Positions 38,523 to 53,000 of a stretch of 64,000 nt of DNA are shown piece after piece. Position 1 is the stretch's first letter. Each line of letters starts with the position of its first letter. The stretch covers positions 221,898,001 through 221,962,000 of the forward strand of contig OZ024741.1 in NCBI GenBank assembly GCA_964016885.1, read 5' to 3'. The DNA comes from Eledone cirrhosa. Lineage: Eukaryota. Position numbers and translations under genes: made by a program. The notes below the pieces were generated by a model. That model ran no database searches, had not been told where the DNA came from, and saw only the letters and a program-made list of their open reading frames with translations.

Positions 38523-41500
38523 AAGAGTGAGAGTGAGAGAAATCAATAGAGTTAGGAAGTAATTAGAGGGGATTATCTAAAGCAATCTCTTAATATAATT
38601 ATCTACTAAATGACCTGTGATAACGAAGGACGGAAGAAAGATGACACCTTTTTCAGTTGGTCATTCTTTTGTCAACATCCATTAGCTCCAAGAAAATGAA
38701 CAGAACATCAATTAAAACATCTTTCAAATAAGCAAATAAGTAGAGGAAGTTTAATCTGGACTATTTTTATGAGACTGACAGTAAAATACAGTTAATAACA
38801 AGAATAATCTCAGCATTATTTTACTAAAATATTACAGCTCACACCTATGTAGGTTTAGCAGGCCACCTATAAGGATTTTGGGGTGTTTTAATGGTAGGGA
38901 TCCTAGTCCTATCATGTTGTTGCTGTTACAGATCATACTTATGTAGGTTTAGTTGGCCTTCTATAAGGTTGTATCTCATAGGTTTCCTTTGTTTTTTAAT
39001 GATAGAAATGCATGATGAAAAGCAACACGAAATGAAGCACTTTCATCCGTGAGTCAAACATTCAACATTATGATCTTGATACCAACATCCTAACCACTAG
39101 GTTACATGTCTTGACAGTAAATTGTCACTCATTTTGATCCAGTGCCATCTTATCAGTGAGACACCTTGAAACTAACTTGATGACTCCCCATATCATCATT
39201 GTACATTCATTTTTCAATGATTACATGGGTTGGATATGTCTTCTCTACCATTGAATCTCTCCTCCTGTGTTTTACTCTAGCCTCTTATCACATATCCTCT
39301 ACTTTCACTATCCATGTCTCACTTCCATGTAACATCCTCTACATCCACTGCCCATATCTCACTACCATGTAACATCACATTCAAGTATCATCCAATCCAC
39401 CCACGCCACAAAAGTTAATATGTCCCTGACCTCTTGACTCCTTTATTTTACTGTAACAACAATGCTTTCACAGCTATTTCAAGCTCCAATTGAGTTACAT
39501 AGATAATGGAAAGTATCTATTGTATTTAATAGAGTCAGTAACTGTATCCGTTATAGCTAACTGGATGTGGACTGTTCCGTGAATGTAGAACAAATAATCT
39601 GTATGTATTAACAACTCAAATGAGGAACTGAAAATATTATTTATGAAGAAACAGGAAAAATTCAAAAGTTAGTAATTTGAATTTTGAAAATATGTAAGCT
39701 GCTACAATGCAGGTTGACTATTAAATAATCAAACAAAAAAAGACAATCCACTTTTTTCGGTCGCTAAGACTAAATATGCATTGTTAACAGTTTAAAATAA
39801 GCTAACATACTTTAACCCTTTAGCACTTAAACCAGCCGTATCTGGCCAGAATTCTCTCACCTCTTTCTCTTCAAACCAGTCGTAACTGGCTGCTCATACT
39901 TTCGTTAAGGTATTGTTCTCAAAATAAATAATAACAAAATCTGATAGATTTGATATTATGAGATAAAGTATCTCTTCTATATTTACTATTGTATTTTCAC
40001 AGTAATGTAAATGGTAAAGGGTTAACCCTTCATAAACCAATTATTTCATGTTTAGTGTTTTATTTCATTCAGTCAAATTTGAAGCAAAGATGTAACTGAT
40101 AAAACCAAAATTGCACTGAAAGACCAATCACAGTTGACTCTTAATATCCTGTAATGATTTAGCAGTAAATATCTAAAAATAGGTTTGATAATTCAAATGT
40201 TTATAATACCTTTACTAGTGGACAGGTTGTTGAGAAAGTTTGCGACATTGGAATAAAGACTTCACAATTTTAAATGTGATGCAACCATTGTGCTGGTTTG
40301 TACTTTTCAAGAATGTCTTGCTGATGTGGTTCCATATGGTACAAGAGTTAATGAGAAAGCTATTTAGATTCGAGTTCAATTCCTATAAAAAGCTGTTGAT
40401 TTGCAAATCTGTTTAATCCATGCAATCATGGAAAAATACTCATTGTACAAAAAGACAAAAAATGAGATTCTTCTTCTTCACCCACTTATTCCTGAGAACG
40501 TTGTGGAAGCACATTACTCATCTGCCAGAGGGTCCTATCCAAACCAACTGTCTCCAAATGATCTGGCTGGATCCTCTAAGCAAAGTCATCCAAAATTTGC
40601 TTAAACATTTAATTACTATTCAATATTAATCACAAAGCAATACATGCTACATTACTTTCTATATCATTAAAATACTGTTTTCTCAAGTCATGTTTTATTT
40701 TAACCATTTCGTTACCATATTTCTAATGAAAGGCAAAATAATTTTGAAAACAATCAAGGAAGAATTTAGTAATATAACATTCTCATTAGTAATCTTGTGT
40801 TTGGAACATTACATAACAAATGTCATTACATAAAATTAAGATGGAAGGTGTTTTTATAAATAAAAATACTTTAATCTGTGCCATTTAATGAAAGACTGCC
40901 TATGATTTTCAAATCATTTTGAAAATAAACAAAGACTTGGATGGATTTAATAATAATCCAACTTTCTCATTACTAAGCTGGTGTTTCAAGCATAACTTAA
41001 AGATCCTTACATAAAATTATGATAGAAGGGTTTTAGATAAATAAACAGTTTTGTAAAATAAAAACAGAGGCTGTGAAATTTAGTCAAAATATATGGCCAT
41101 CAGCTATTAGAAAGAATTTTTAAATTTATCCCAGTCATTCATGGCGACAAGGAAGGTCGCTTGACCACGTCTTGACCGAACAAAATATAATATTTTCACC
41201 AAAAACTGCCCTTTAAACACATGTCAGATGGATTACAATATTCATTATCACAATTACTTTCACTGTTCCCTGACAACTAGTACCAGTTTCAAGATAGAAT
41301 TATTTTAACGAAGTATATATAATTTGACTTGATTTTCGCCAACAAACCACGTGTGGATATGGACGGGGAAAAAAGGAAAAAAAACAAAACAAATCACTAC
41401 ATCCCTTAAGGATCGCAGTAAGTACTCCACAAAACATATAAACAACAATATACACACAGGTTTATATACAGATACATACCATATGCATATACACACACGT

Positions 41501-41679
41501 GAAAAGAAACCACACTATTTCGTGTGAGACACTATACCGGCCAATTTTACCAATTTACATTGGTAAAATATTTCTTAACATTGACCTCGCTTCTAACCCA
41601 CATACACCTTTTAATTATATATATATATACTAGCAGCTGAAAGTTAATAATTTGAAAAAAAAATATTATTGAAAGCTGG

Positions 41680-44600
41680 GCGTGAAAATCGGATTACCTT
41701 CCGAACATGCCCAGGCCTACCACCCCATGTACGTCCAAAACTACGTGCTGCAGCTTCCTTGAATCGGAACTCAGCACAAGATGAAAGTTTCAATGCGTGA
41801 TGATGGGCAGATCTGGAGGTTTGTCAAGGCTGGTGAAACGTGGAAGAGAGATACCAGCTGGTCTGAGTGTGATCTACCCACAATAACTGGCAATGTAAAA
41901 ACTGCTACAACTCTGGGAAACTAAACCAGAACAACCTGCCACCCTCTACACACCATCATAAACTGCGAGCAGGGTACAAATTGTTGTCCTTAAATGCTCG
42001 CAGTTTATGCAACAAGATACATCTGTTCGAATCCTACGTCAGAAGCATCGACCCTGACTTCATCACAGTCACGGAAACATGGGCACATTCCTTACTCTGT
42101 GATGGGGTTTTCACCATTACTGGGTACAACCTTTTCCGCAAGGACCGCATTAACCGCCGTGGTGGTGGTGTGATGGTCTACGTTCGTTCAAACTTTTCGG
42201 TAATTCCTTGCGTTGATTTGAACGAATCACAGGAAGAAGTTTTTTTCTGTGACATACGTATGACCATGTCAACACTTCTGCTTAGTGTTGTTTATCGCCC
42301 CCCAAACTACCATCAGGACACACAGCTTTGCGATATCCTCAGAGTTGCTGCCAAGAAAACAGCCACTTATGTGTTTATTGCAGGTGACTTCAATCATCCT
42401 GAGATCGATTGGGAAACCTTTCGTTGGCCACAGGGTGCAAACGATTTCCTTGAACTAGTGCTGGACTCAAACTGGTCACAAGTCGTCACCTCTCCAACAA
42501 GAGGTGACAACACTTTGGACCTGATCTTCACCACTACTCCTGAAGTGGTTATCAGTTGTACTACTGAGGAACCTCTAGGCGACTCTGATCATGCTATGAT
42601 CATTGCCAATCTGGCACTTGAGGGCAGCAACAAAAACCAGAGCCATCTCCAATCTGCTTGCTTTGATTGGAAGAGGGCGGATTGGAACTTGTACTGCACT
42701 GAGCTACAGCGCCCAAACTGGCATGAGATGTATAACTCTGGAGATGTGAACTCTATACTCCAGAGCATCCTGGACTCAATATGGATAGCGTGTGCAGCAT
42801 CAGTGCCACGGAAGCGGAAAAATAACCACCCCAAAAGTGCAATCTGGGAAACTTCAGCGGTCCGACTTGCCAGGAAAGAACGTCGGAACGCTGAACGGGA
42901 ATATAAACTGCATAGATCAGATGCCAACAGAAAAAAGCGGAATAAATCTTCTAACCATCTCAAGCAAGTGACAAAGAAGGCAGTGCTTGAATTTGAACAG
43001 TGTATCGCAACCAATCCTGGCAGTAAGGTGTTCTGGAAATATGTTCATTCAAAGCAGAGACCTCACTCTCCAGTTGGTCCTCTTCGCAATCCCCACACAA
43101 GCCAGATCACTGACGGTCCCAAGGAATGCGCAGAACTCATTGCTGAGTGCTATGCAAGTATTTTTACTGTTGAAAAACCAGAATGTACCATCTCCACCAT
43201 CTCTAACATCAAATTCCATAACAACTATGGAATTTACACCTGCAATGTTGCGACGTCACCTTAAGAATAAGCGCAACTATGCCTCCCCTGGTCTTGATGG
43301 TGTGACATACCTGCTTCTCAAACGTGGCGGGGATTTCCTTTTGCGCCAGCTTTCTTTTTTCTTTCAATACTGTCTCAGCAATGGTGCTACTCCGGAGCAG
43401 TGGAAAACTGCCAGTGTCATTCCCCTGTTCAAAAAGGGCAACCGCATGTCACCTGTCAACTATCGTCCAGTCAGTCTTACTAGCTGTATGGCCAAACTGA
43501 TGGAATCCTGTGTCAGAGAAACACTTTGGAACTTCTGGAGCTCTCACAGCCTCATCCGGCCCTCACAGTTTGGATTTATCCCTAACTCCAGCTGCTGTGA
43601 TCAGCTTATCGAGTTCCTTGAGGACATCACCCGGATCACTGACAGCGGCTCATGGGTGGATGTTGTTTACCTTGACTTTGCTAAGGCTTTTAATTCTGTG
43701 CCACACAAAAGACTTATGGCAAAACTCTCTGCAATGGGTGTGAGGGATGATCTTTTCGACTGGCTGAAATCCTTCATTCTCAGCCAAAAGGAAGTAGTCA
43801 CGGTTCTAGGACAGCATTCTTCACCATATGAGATGTCATCTGGTGTACCACAGGGATCTGTTCTTGGTCCTCTTTTGTTTGTGGCATATATTAATGACAT
43901 AGATGCCAACTTACAGAATGCCACGGTACTAAAATATGCAGATGACATCAAGCTGTACCTTGAAATCAAAAGGACTGATCCTGAAATTTACAACTCTTTC
44001 CTACAATCAGACCTGGACACAATGCAGCAATGGATCACAGACTGGCAACTGAAACTGGCTGTGGACAAGTGTACCACCATGCATTTTGGAAGGAAAAATC
44101 CAGCGTCCACATACTCCCTCCACAACACTGACATCAAAAAGTCCTCTTGTGAACGTGACCTGGGCATTACTGTCAGCAACGATTTGCGTTGGACAAAGCA
44201 TGTCTCTAAGATTGTCAAGAAGGCCGAGGGTGTCTTGGCATCACTCAGCAAGACCTTTGTTAGCCGCTCTCCAGCCATCTATTTAAAACTGTATACAGCT
44301 ATGGTGCGACCACACTTGGAATTCGCATCATCAGTCTGGAACCCCTATCTTGCTCGGAACATTGACCTCCTGGAAACTGTTCAGAGACGTGCAACCAAGC
44401 GCATACCCTCCATCAGACACCTACCATACTCTGAACGCCTTGCTTCCCTGGGCATGGATTCATTGAAGCTCCGACGTCTGGCAATGGACTTGGTGAATAC
44501 CCACAAAGTTTTTAACCATCTCGCCAACTGCAACCCTGAGCGCCTCTTTGATCTCCATGTGTCTAACACACGTGGACATGCCTACAAGATAAGAAAACAG

Positions 44601-45045
44601 CACAGCTCCCATGACTTTCGTAGACATTTTTTCACGCTCAGAGTTGCTGAAGCATGGAACAAACTGCCTGCGTCAATTGTTAGCTGCCGAGACACTGCAT
44701 CCTTTAAGACACTCATGCTTCCCGAAATACGCCAAAACTACACCTGATGTGCCCCTTCCATACACATGCACACATGTGTGTATCATGACTCGTGCACTGT
44801 TCATTTTACTGATGTTTGTGCATTGCCCTATGTACTGTACATGCACTTTTTTGATGGGTTGTGGTGCACCTGGGCACTGTGCACAATATTTCATTATTGT
44901 TATTGTTATTATATCATGACTCATACACTGTTTATTTTCCTGACATTTGTACATTATTCTATGTACTATACATGCACCTTTGATGAGTTGTAGTGCACCT
45001 GAGCACTGTACACAATAATTTCATTATATTATATTATATATTATT
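41680..45045 (+). mobile_element. CR1/L2-group LINE, 5'-truncated within ORF1, near-intact ORF2, antisense in HPRT intron 1
   Basis: APE motifs LNARSL, VTETW, GGGVMVY, VYRPP, AGDFN, TLDLIF and SDH. RT motifs NYRPVSLTS, QFGF, YLDFAKAF, GVPQGSVLGP and YADD. C-terminal ERDLG, VRPHLE, VQRRATK and TRGH. AT-rich simple-repeat tail. Confidence 0.95.
41981..44747 (+). CDS. LINE ORF2 (APE endonuclease plus reverse transcriptase), split by one frameshift
   Basis: ORFs 41981-43264 and 42987-44747 join into one frame if a single A is removed from the A5 run at 43173-43177. No other stops. Confidence 0.85.
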
Positions 45046-46057
45046 CTATACAAATTTGATAATTATTTTTCACTTATATAACAGAATTCTTCTGAGAAAT
45101 CCTTTAGCTGAGGTAAGAGAGAAATTAGTCAAGCATGCTTCAATGGATGCGTAATGTTAACGTTACTGAATGGTGAAGCATAACTGAGTTGAGAAAGAAA
45201 CTGTGAATGAGAGAAATCAAATGAAGTGTGCAACTGAGAAGAGTGAGCTGGTATGGATATATATGGATCATAACAGTTGGGTGAAGAAATGCAAACAGAT
45301 GTCAGTGGGAGGAAGCTGTAGTAGGAAAACTAAGAAAAGACAAGGCAGAAGTGACGAGAGTTAATCTCAAAATGTTGAACCTCACAGAGGAAAAGCAGGA
45401 GGTGGAGGGAAGCATAGAAAAACAGACATTTAAGGATGATGACTATGTTTTACATTTAGTTTGAACTATACACCCCTTCCATTTTCATCTAACATCTGGC
45501 AACGAATGGCAAGCATCATTTTACCACATTTAAATGAGATAAGAGCAGCAGATACCAATGAAGAATGAAGAGTAATTTAGTATCCGAACTAAAGTGAACT
45601 GATAACACTACTGTTCATGTTAGTTATTGCTACAGCAATTATCAGAAACACTTAGATGGCTAATGCATCCAACATAGTTTAGAATAGTGGCAGTTTGGTT
45701 CTGTGCCAGGAAGGGGTACTACTGATACCTTCTTCCTAGTGAGACAACTAGCAGAAATACTTAGCATTTCTACCTAGCATTTGCTGACCTGACAGTAGCC
45801 TTTGATAGTGATACCATGCACTGTAATCTGGGGAGCGGTAAGACAACTAGGGGCAGATAAATGGCTTGTGAGGAATGTGTCAGTAATGTAGGGAGGTACA
45901 GTCAGCAAGATGAGGGTTAACAATAAGTACAGTGATGTATTCAATGTGCTGCAGTTCATTGAGTTATGAGGAGTAAGTATAGGGCTGGATTAACCATTAA
46001 GCAAAATAAGTATATGCTTAGAGTATGAAGGGAAGAGAAGTGCCATTTTATTCAAAT

Positions 46058-47200
46058 TCATCATCATCACCATTTTACGTCCGCTTTTCTCTGCTTGCAA
46101 GTGTGGGACAAGTCCTATTCAGTACAGCACCTCTCCAGTTGTCACAGTCCTTCGTCATCTCCGTGAGCTTCAGCGATCTGAGGTCTTCTCTCACCACCTC
46201 CGCCCATGTTTTTCGTGGTCTTCCTCTACAGCATCTTCCTTCTACTGGGATCTCTTGGCACTTCTTTACCCAGCGATCATCCTCCATGCGTATCACATGT
46301 CCATACCAACGCAGTCTTCTCTCCCACACATTATAGCTTATCCCTCTTATACAGTTTCTCTCTCAACTCGTCTATTCTTGGTCGTTCACACACATTGACA
46401 TTGCACATCCAACGGAGCATACTTGCTTCATTTCTCTCCAGCCGTCACATATCCTCCGTAGTTGCTGCCCAGGTCTCACTAGCATGCAACATCGCGCATC
46501 TCATGCAGGCATCATATAACCGGCCTTTCATTCGTAAGGAGAAACCCTTCTTTGTCAACAGAGGAAGCAGCTCCCTAAACTTCTTTCAACCCTTCCTTAT
46601 TCTTGATACTATGGTCTTGGAGCACCCTCCTCCCTTGCTAATCTGATCACCTAGGTACCGGAAGCTATCAACCACCTCTATAGAGCCTACCCGCATTTGA
46701 AAAATGTGTCCATTACTGCAACTTCTACTGTCAAATTTCCCTGAACATCTACTGCATATGTAGTTATCCTTACCTGTTAGTTTGCCTGCTATCCCACTAC
46801 ATCTCTTGTGTACCCAAGATCTGCATTGTGTATATTCTATAGAATTTATGCCAACCTCTTTACATATCGAACATGGCCATTTCCCTGATGGAATCAGAGT
46901 TTTGTCCTCTTTTCTACTCATCAACACTTTAGTCTTAGCTAGGTTCACTCTCAGTCCTCTTGATTCCAACTGCTGTTTCCATAGCCAGAATTTATTCTCT
47001 AGCTCCTCTACTGATTCTGCTATAAGTACCAGATCATCAGCATAGAGAAGTTCCCATGGGCAGCCAGTCTTAAACTCCTCTGTCATGGCTTGGAGGACTA
47101 TAATGAACAAGAACGGGCTGAGGACTGAACCCTGATGTACACTTACATGTATCTGGAATTCCCCACTAAACTCCATTCCTACTCTCACTTTATTGACATA
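46058..47200 (-). mobile_element. RTE LINE 3' portion with short 3' UTR
   Basis: VHQGSVLSP, ELLYADDLVL, Cys/His finger, ERRLRWYGHV and RGRPRKTW. Ends GCGGACGTAAAATG(GT)(GAT)n. Confidence 0.95.
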
Positions 47201-48327
47201 GTTTGCACTGTCCTCACAAGCCATTCCTCTACACCTAGTTTCATATATATTAATCATTTAAAAAACAAATTCATATATGGAGAGGGGAGGACAACATAAT
47301 TTTTTAAATGCTTAGAGCTTCAAAGGGATTTAATCGAACCCTGAGTAAGTAATATATCTCTTGGGAATGGTGCCCATTATAGACTCACATCCTATCATGG
47401 TCGAGATTTATCTCTCCACCATTATAGACTCACATCCTATCATGGTAGAGATTTATCTCCCCTTTCCAGAGCTACGCTCTTTCTTATGATGAAGGTATTC
47501 ACATTTATTTTTCAGTGAACCAGGTCATGCACCTTTGTAATTGGTAGAAAAGACCAGAAGCATTAAAGACACTTTCTGGACAGCTATATTCATGGGCCTT
47601 AACTCCTGGCGGAGTCATAGGAGTGCAGTCATGATATACACGATTTCTTGGATATTTTAAAACCTGGAGAGAACATCACTCTCCAGGTCTGAAAACAGCA
47701 AATTTCTTTCTTTTCGAGAGATAGGGAGAAAGAGAGAGAAATGAAAAAGAGATATAGAGTAAGAATTGATCCCAGTTCTAGGCTGTTATTTTATTCATTG
47801 ACCTCGAAAGGATGAAAGAAGTTATTCATTGGTGGGATTTGAACGCAGGGCAGAGAGAGACAGAATGAATAGTGAAGTATTCTGTCTGATGTTCTAACAA
47901 CTCTACCAATTTCTTGGCCTGAAGCAATATCCATCATTTAACAAAAAATAAAAAAAATTGAAAGAAAAAAAGCCAAAAGGTGGTGTATATATTACCTGAT
48001 CAAGATAGGTATAACAGCCTAAAAATAGAGATCTCTTCTGAATGTAGAAAAGCAAAAACTAAATGGCTAGACAGATCAATGCCAAGAAATGTAACAAGTT
48101 ATTTCAACATCTGGTGAAGGAGTATAAAACAACACTATGACTGCATCACATTAAATATTGAAGTCGTCATCATCATCATCATTTTACGTCCGCTTTTTCC
48201 CTGCTTACAAGGGTGGGACGGGAACTGATTCTGGCTTGATTTCTACAGCTGGATGCCCTTGGATGCCTTGATGTCTTTATTCTAATACTGCAAACTGTTA
48301 CAACAATCTGTTCACTAGTAAAGATAC

Positions 48328-50052
48328 TGATGGACCAGGTAATGAAAGTAACAGAAAGAATTATAACACAGTTGATTAGGGACAGGGTAAATCTAAATGA
48401 AATGCAGTTTGGATTTGTGCCAGGCAAAAGCACCACTGATGCTTTCTTCCTTGTGAGACAGTTACAGGAAAAGTACCTAGCTAAAAGTAAGCCTCTCTAC
48501 CTAGCATTTGTTGATCTGGAGAAAGCTTTTGACAGAGTGCCCTAAGACATAATTTGGTGGGTTCTTAGAAAACTAAGAGTAGATGAGTGGGTTGTGAAGG
48601 CTGTACAAGCCATGTATAGAGGAGCAGTCAACAAAATCAGGATTAACAATGACTATAACGTGGAATTTAACGTACAAGTTGGCGTCCATCACGGCTTTGT
48701 TCTCAGCCCACTCCTATTTATTATTGTTTTGCAGACTATAACGGGGCAGTTTAAGACCGGCTGCCCACGGGAACTTCTGTATGCAGATAATCTAACGCGC
48801 ATAGCTGAATCTATGGTGGAACTAGAGAAGAAATTCCAAATATGGAAGCAGGGCCTAGAAAGAAGGGGTCTTAAAGTCAACCTGACAAAGACTAAGGTCC
48901 TAGTAAGTAGGAGAGAAAACAAAACCCAGATCCTTCAGGGAAATGGCTTTATTCAGTATGTAGGAAAGGCGTTGGTAGAAACTCCATCCCCTGCCCCATA
49001 TGCAAACTGTGGGTACACAAGAGATGTAGTGGGATCTCAGGAAGTTTAGCTAAGAATGTAGGCTTTACATGTAGCAATTGCACTGGAACAGTAAGCAGCA
49101 AATGACCACAGGAAACAAGCACTACCAAACTCTGGGAGGGCTCTGTAGAAACAGTAGACAGCTTCTACTACTTAAGTGACCGAATTAGCAGCGATGGTGG
49201 GTGTTCTGAAAGTACAGTAGCTAGAGTAAGAACGGGATGGAGGAAGTTCAGTGAGCTACTACCACTGCTACAAAAGGCTTCTCCCTCAGAATGAAAGGCA
49301 GACTGTATGATGCGTGCGTACGAACAGCTATGTTGCATGGTAGTGAGACCTAAGCGCCATGTGCAGAAGACTTGCATAAATTGGAAAGAAATGACGCCTG
49401 CATGCTCCGATGGATGTGTAATAGTAATATACGAGAATGGCGAAGCATAAATGAACTGAGAGAGAAACTAGGCATAAGAGGAGATTGCATAGGTATGGAC
49501 ATGTGATGTGTATGAAGGATGACAGTTGCATAAAAAAGTGCAGAGCGCTCAAAGTCGATGGAAGCCTTGGAATGGGGAGACCCAGGAAGACTTGGGATGT
49601 GGTCATAAAAGCCGACTTTCCCAAATGCACCTCTCAAAGGCGGGATCTCTGGCGATACACTGTAATACAGAAGACCCGACTTCCCACAAGCAGAAACTGA
49701 AGCATCACTCCACCCTCCCATACACCCCCCAGCCCACGCTGTAAAGTGGACGCGATGGTGACATGGCAAAAAGTGCCCAGCCCAATCTCTAAAGTGGTCA
49801 TGTAGATGTCACAAAAGAAAGCACCCAGCCCACACTGTAAAGTGGTCGTGTAGGTGTCATGATAAAAATCACTCAGAACTCACTGTAAATTGAGGTTGAT
49901 GTTGGGAAGGCAATCCAGCTACAGAAATTAAGCCAGAACCAGACTGGTATGAACAAGACATGGTCACCTGACCTAGGATTGCCCACAACAGGACAACCCG
50001 CTTAACCCATGCTAGCGTGGAAAATGAACGTAAGACAGAGGTGATGATGATG
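48328..50052 (+). mobile_element. RTE LINE 3' portion with long 3' UTR
   Basis: MQFGFVPGKSTTDA, DLEKAFDRVP, LYADNL, YGHVM and GRPRKTW, then a repeat-containing UTR ending in (GAT)n. Confidence 0.93.
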
Positions 50053-53000
50053 TACATATATACACAAATATGTATATATAGACCATGTGTCTATATATGT
50101 ATATAACAGCTAGCGAACACTGTAAAGTGATCGTGTAGGTGTCACGACAAAAAGCACTCAAGCCACACTGTAAAGTGGGCGTGTAAAAGACACGGCAAAA
50201 AGCACCCATCACACACTGTCAATGTGGTTAGCGTTAGGAAAGGCATCCAGCCATAGAAAACCAACCAGAAACACTCCTATATGAGCGAGATACGGTCACC
50301 CGACCCAACTTGCCTTTAAATAGGACAAACCCATTTAGAGGCAAGTTGGGTCAATGACACTGTGGAAGATAGATGTTAATTGATGATGATGATGATTTTT
50401 TGATATTTTCTGCTAAATCATTACAGGATGATAAAAGTTAAGTAAAACACTTGACATCCTTTTAAAACAATTCTTTCTACCATAATGTTTCTTAGAAAAG
50501 CAACAACCGTTATTTTAGTGAAATTCGTAAATGGCGATCTTTCGTATTAAGTAGAGGGTTTTTAAGTAGACAGGTGAAAAAGAGATAACTTGATATCTCA
50601 TTCAGTTGTGACATTCTTTTTTTTAAAACAAATAAATCATTCGAAATTTATGTATACAGATCAATCAGGTATCGTTCATTTTATCAATTTTATTATGTAG
50701 GATGATTATAGCCCGAAAGTGAATTGTTTGAGAATGTCTTCGCCAAATGTGTAAAGCTTTAGACTAGTGACTATCCAAAGCAATGCCAATATAACATTTT
50801 GTAGGCTAGAGTATGACACTTTCAACAATACCAGCTACAGATTAAATTACACTAAACAAATAAACAGAGCGAAACCTCTTAATCAACACACTGGTCATAT
50901 TTAAAGCTTTAGATATCTGGGACACACATTCAAGGACGCTTAACTGACTATAAACATCCTTCATATAAGATAAAGGATACCTGATTGATCTGTATATGTA
51001 ACTTTTGAATGATTTATTAGTAAAAGAAAAAGAAAAGAGAAACAACACATCATTACATCATCTCCTTTCCAAGTATCAGCAGGATAACTGTTCGCCTAAT
51101 ACAAAAAATTACCAGAGATGGTGATATAAGAAATTCAAGATAGACAGAAAAAGACAATTTCTGCGTCGTAATAGAAACAGCGTGGGCAGTCATCGAAGAT
51201 ATAGAATAATTATTGATTTCTTACATAACGACGTTCGTAAAGATATTAGCAGCCACACATAATATCATATATCTTTAACCCTTTCGTTACCATATTTAAA
51301 TTACTATTTTCAAAATAAAGAATTTGAAGGAATTTATTACTATAACAAATTTCCCATTATTAAGTTGGTGTTTAGAAACTAACACAAAAAAAGGTTCTTA
51401 CATAAAATTATGATGGAAGGTTTATAGATAAATATAAACATTTTAAAATGTTTTTTAATCGTGGGGTTTTGAAAAGAATTGAAGGACTAGAGATAAAATG
51501 ATTACATTATTCAGTAAAATAATACATCTAGAATAAATATGGTTTACCCAATTCTATGAATGATAGGTTGTGGAAATCTAACTGTTGGAAGGTCATATTT
51601 TAAGTGAAAAAATATATATGTATATATAGTGTAATAAAGAAAATGATAAGATGCTAACACTTTAATTTTGTTGTAGAAAAATATTAACATTTTATGATAT
51701 TTTGTGTTTACAAGAAGAAACAAATCAATAAAAAAGAGTGAGTTATGTAATTAATACTGACAACACGTTTGCATGTGGAATTACTATTTCAATATCGTCG
51801 TTAAAATAGTAAGCATTATCTTAAATGTTCAGAAAGTAAAACAGTATAACAATGCCTTTAATATATACATTAATTTTATTATTTTGTTCGAATATATTTA
51901 CGGGTATAATTATTCAGTATATTTTAATAACAATCCCGTCTCTAGCATAAAACACCACGAGGAGAACCAGTAGATTTATTAACCCTTGTTCTACGATACA
52001 AAGCTGTTTAAACTAAAAGAAAACTTTCATCACATGTGAGAACCTTTATGTTCTTAATAATGAGAAAGTTAATTATTACTTAAATCCTTCCAAATTATTA
52101 ATTTTTAAATCATAGGTAGTCTCTTTCGTTTAGAGATATAGTAAGAAAAGGTTAAAGAGTTTATATTGTTTTTACGATGAACTTTCAAGTTAAGGTGAAC
52201 CAAGTTGGCTCTGTTGCATAATATCAGAGCCAAAATAACGAAAGCAATTGTACAGTCAATCATAATAGTAATAATTGTTTCTACTTTTGGCACAAGGCCA
52301 CCAATTACTCAGTGCATTACTGGTACTTTATTTTATCGACCCTGTAAGGATGAAAGACAATAATAATTATAATTACAACAGTATTTACACTGGCTGTCTC
52401 ACTTTCTATAATAAAAGTAATGAAGAAAGTTATAGTACATATTCACAGTTAAATTCATTCACTTTGGCGAATGCGAAATACTTCACAACGCATTCAATTC
52501 ATCCGTAAACAATTACAACAGCATTTCAAATTTACAGAAAGTGAATCAGTGCAAGGCTAATGCTTTCATTATTGAATACACATTACATTCATAATTCTAG
52601 AATAGAGACTAGAAAACAACTCGTTGTCTTATTTATATACAATAGGGTGTAATTTAGAGGAGCATTTTGCATCTGGGTGAGCGAGGTTCTCCACGTGGTG
52701 AAATAAGGTTTGAAATAAACATGCTACACATTGAAATAAAGTGATTGTTGTAATAGAGAAAGTAAATATACGTGTTACACCACTAGTTTTTCGTTGACAA
52801 TAGATTGTAATATATTGATATTATAGCAATTTGTAATATACAGCCGAATATGCATATAATACCACACATTTAACATTGCCAAAATATATTATTGTTGCTA
52901 CTGAAATTTGGCAGAAATTCATTTTCGAAAGTGTAGACGACGATACGATTATGTTGTTGAAATTACACACACACAATATATATGTATATACATGATAAAA

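Noticed and set aside
38088-38546. Repetitive ORFs such as (VKGIESEEQNR)n
   Set aside because: These follow from a 33-bp unit with stop-free frames. There is no splice or homology support.
43172-43178. GAAAAAC as a programmed frameshift within ORF2
   Set aside because: Joining the two frames needs +1, not -1. A single extra A from mutation or sequencing error is simpler.
42589-44569. Antisense ORFs over the CR1 and RTE coding regions
   Set aside because: Shadow frames of TE ORFs with no independent motifs.
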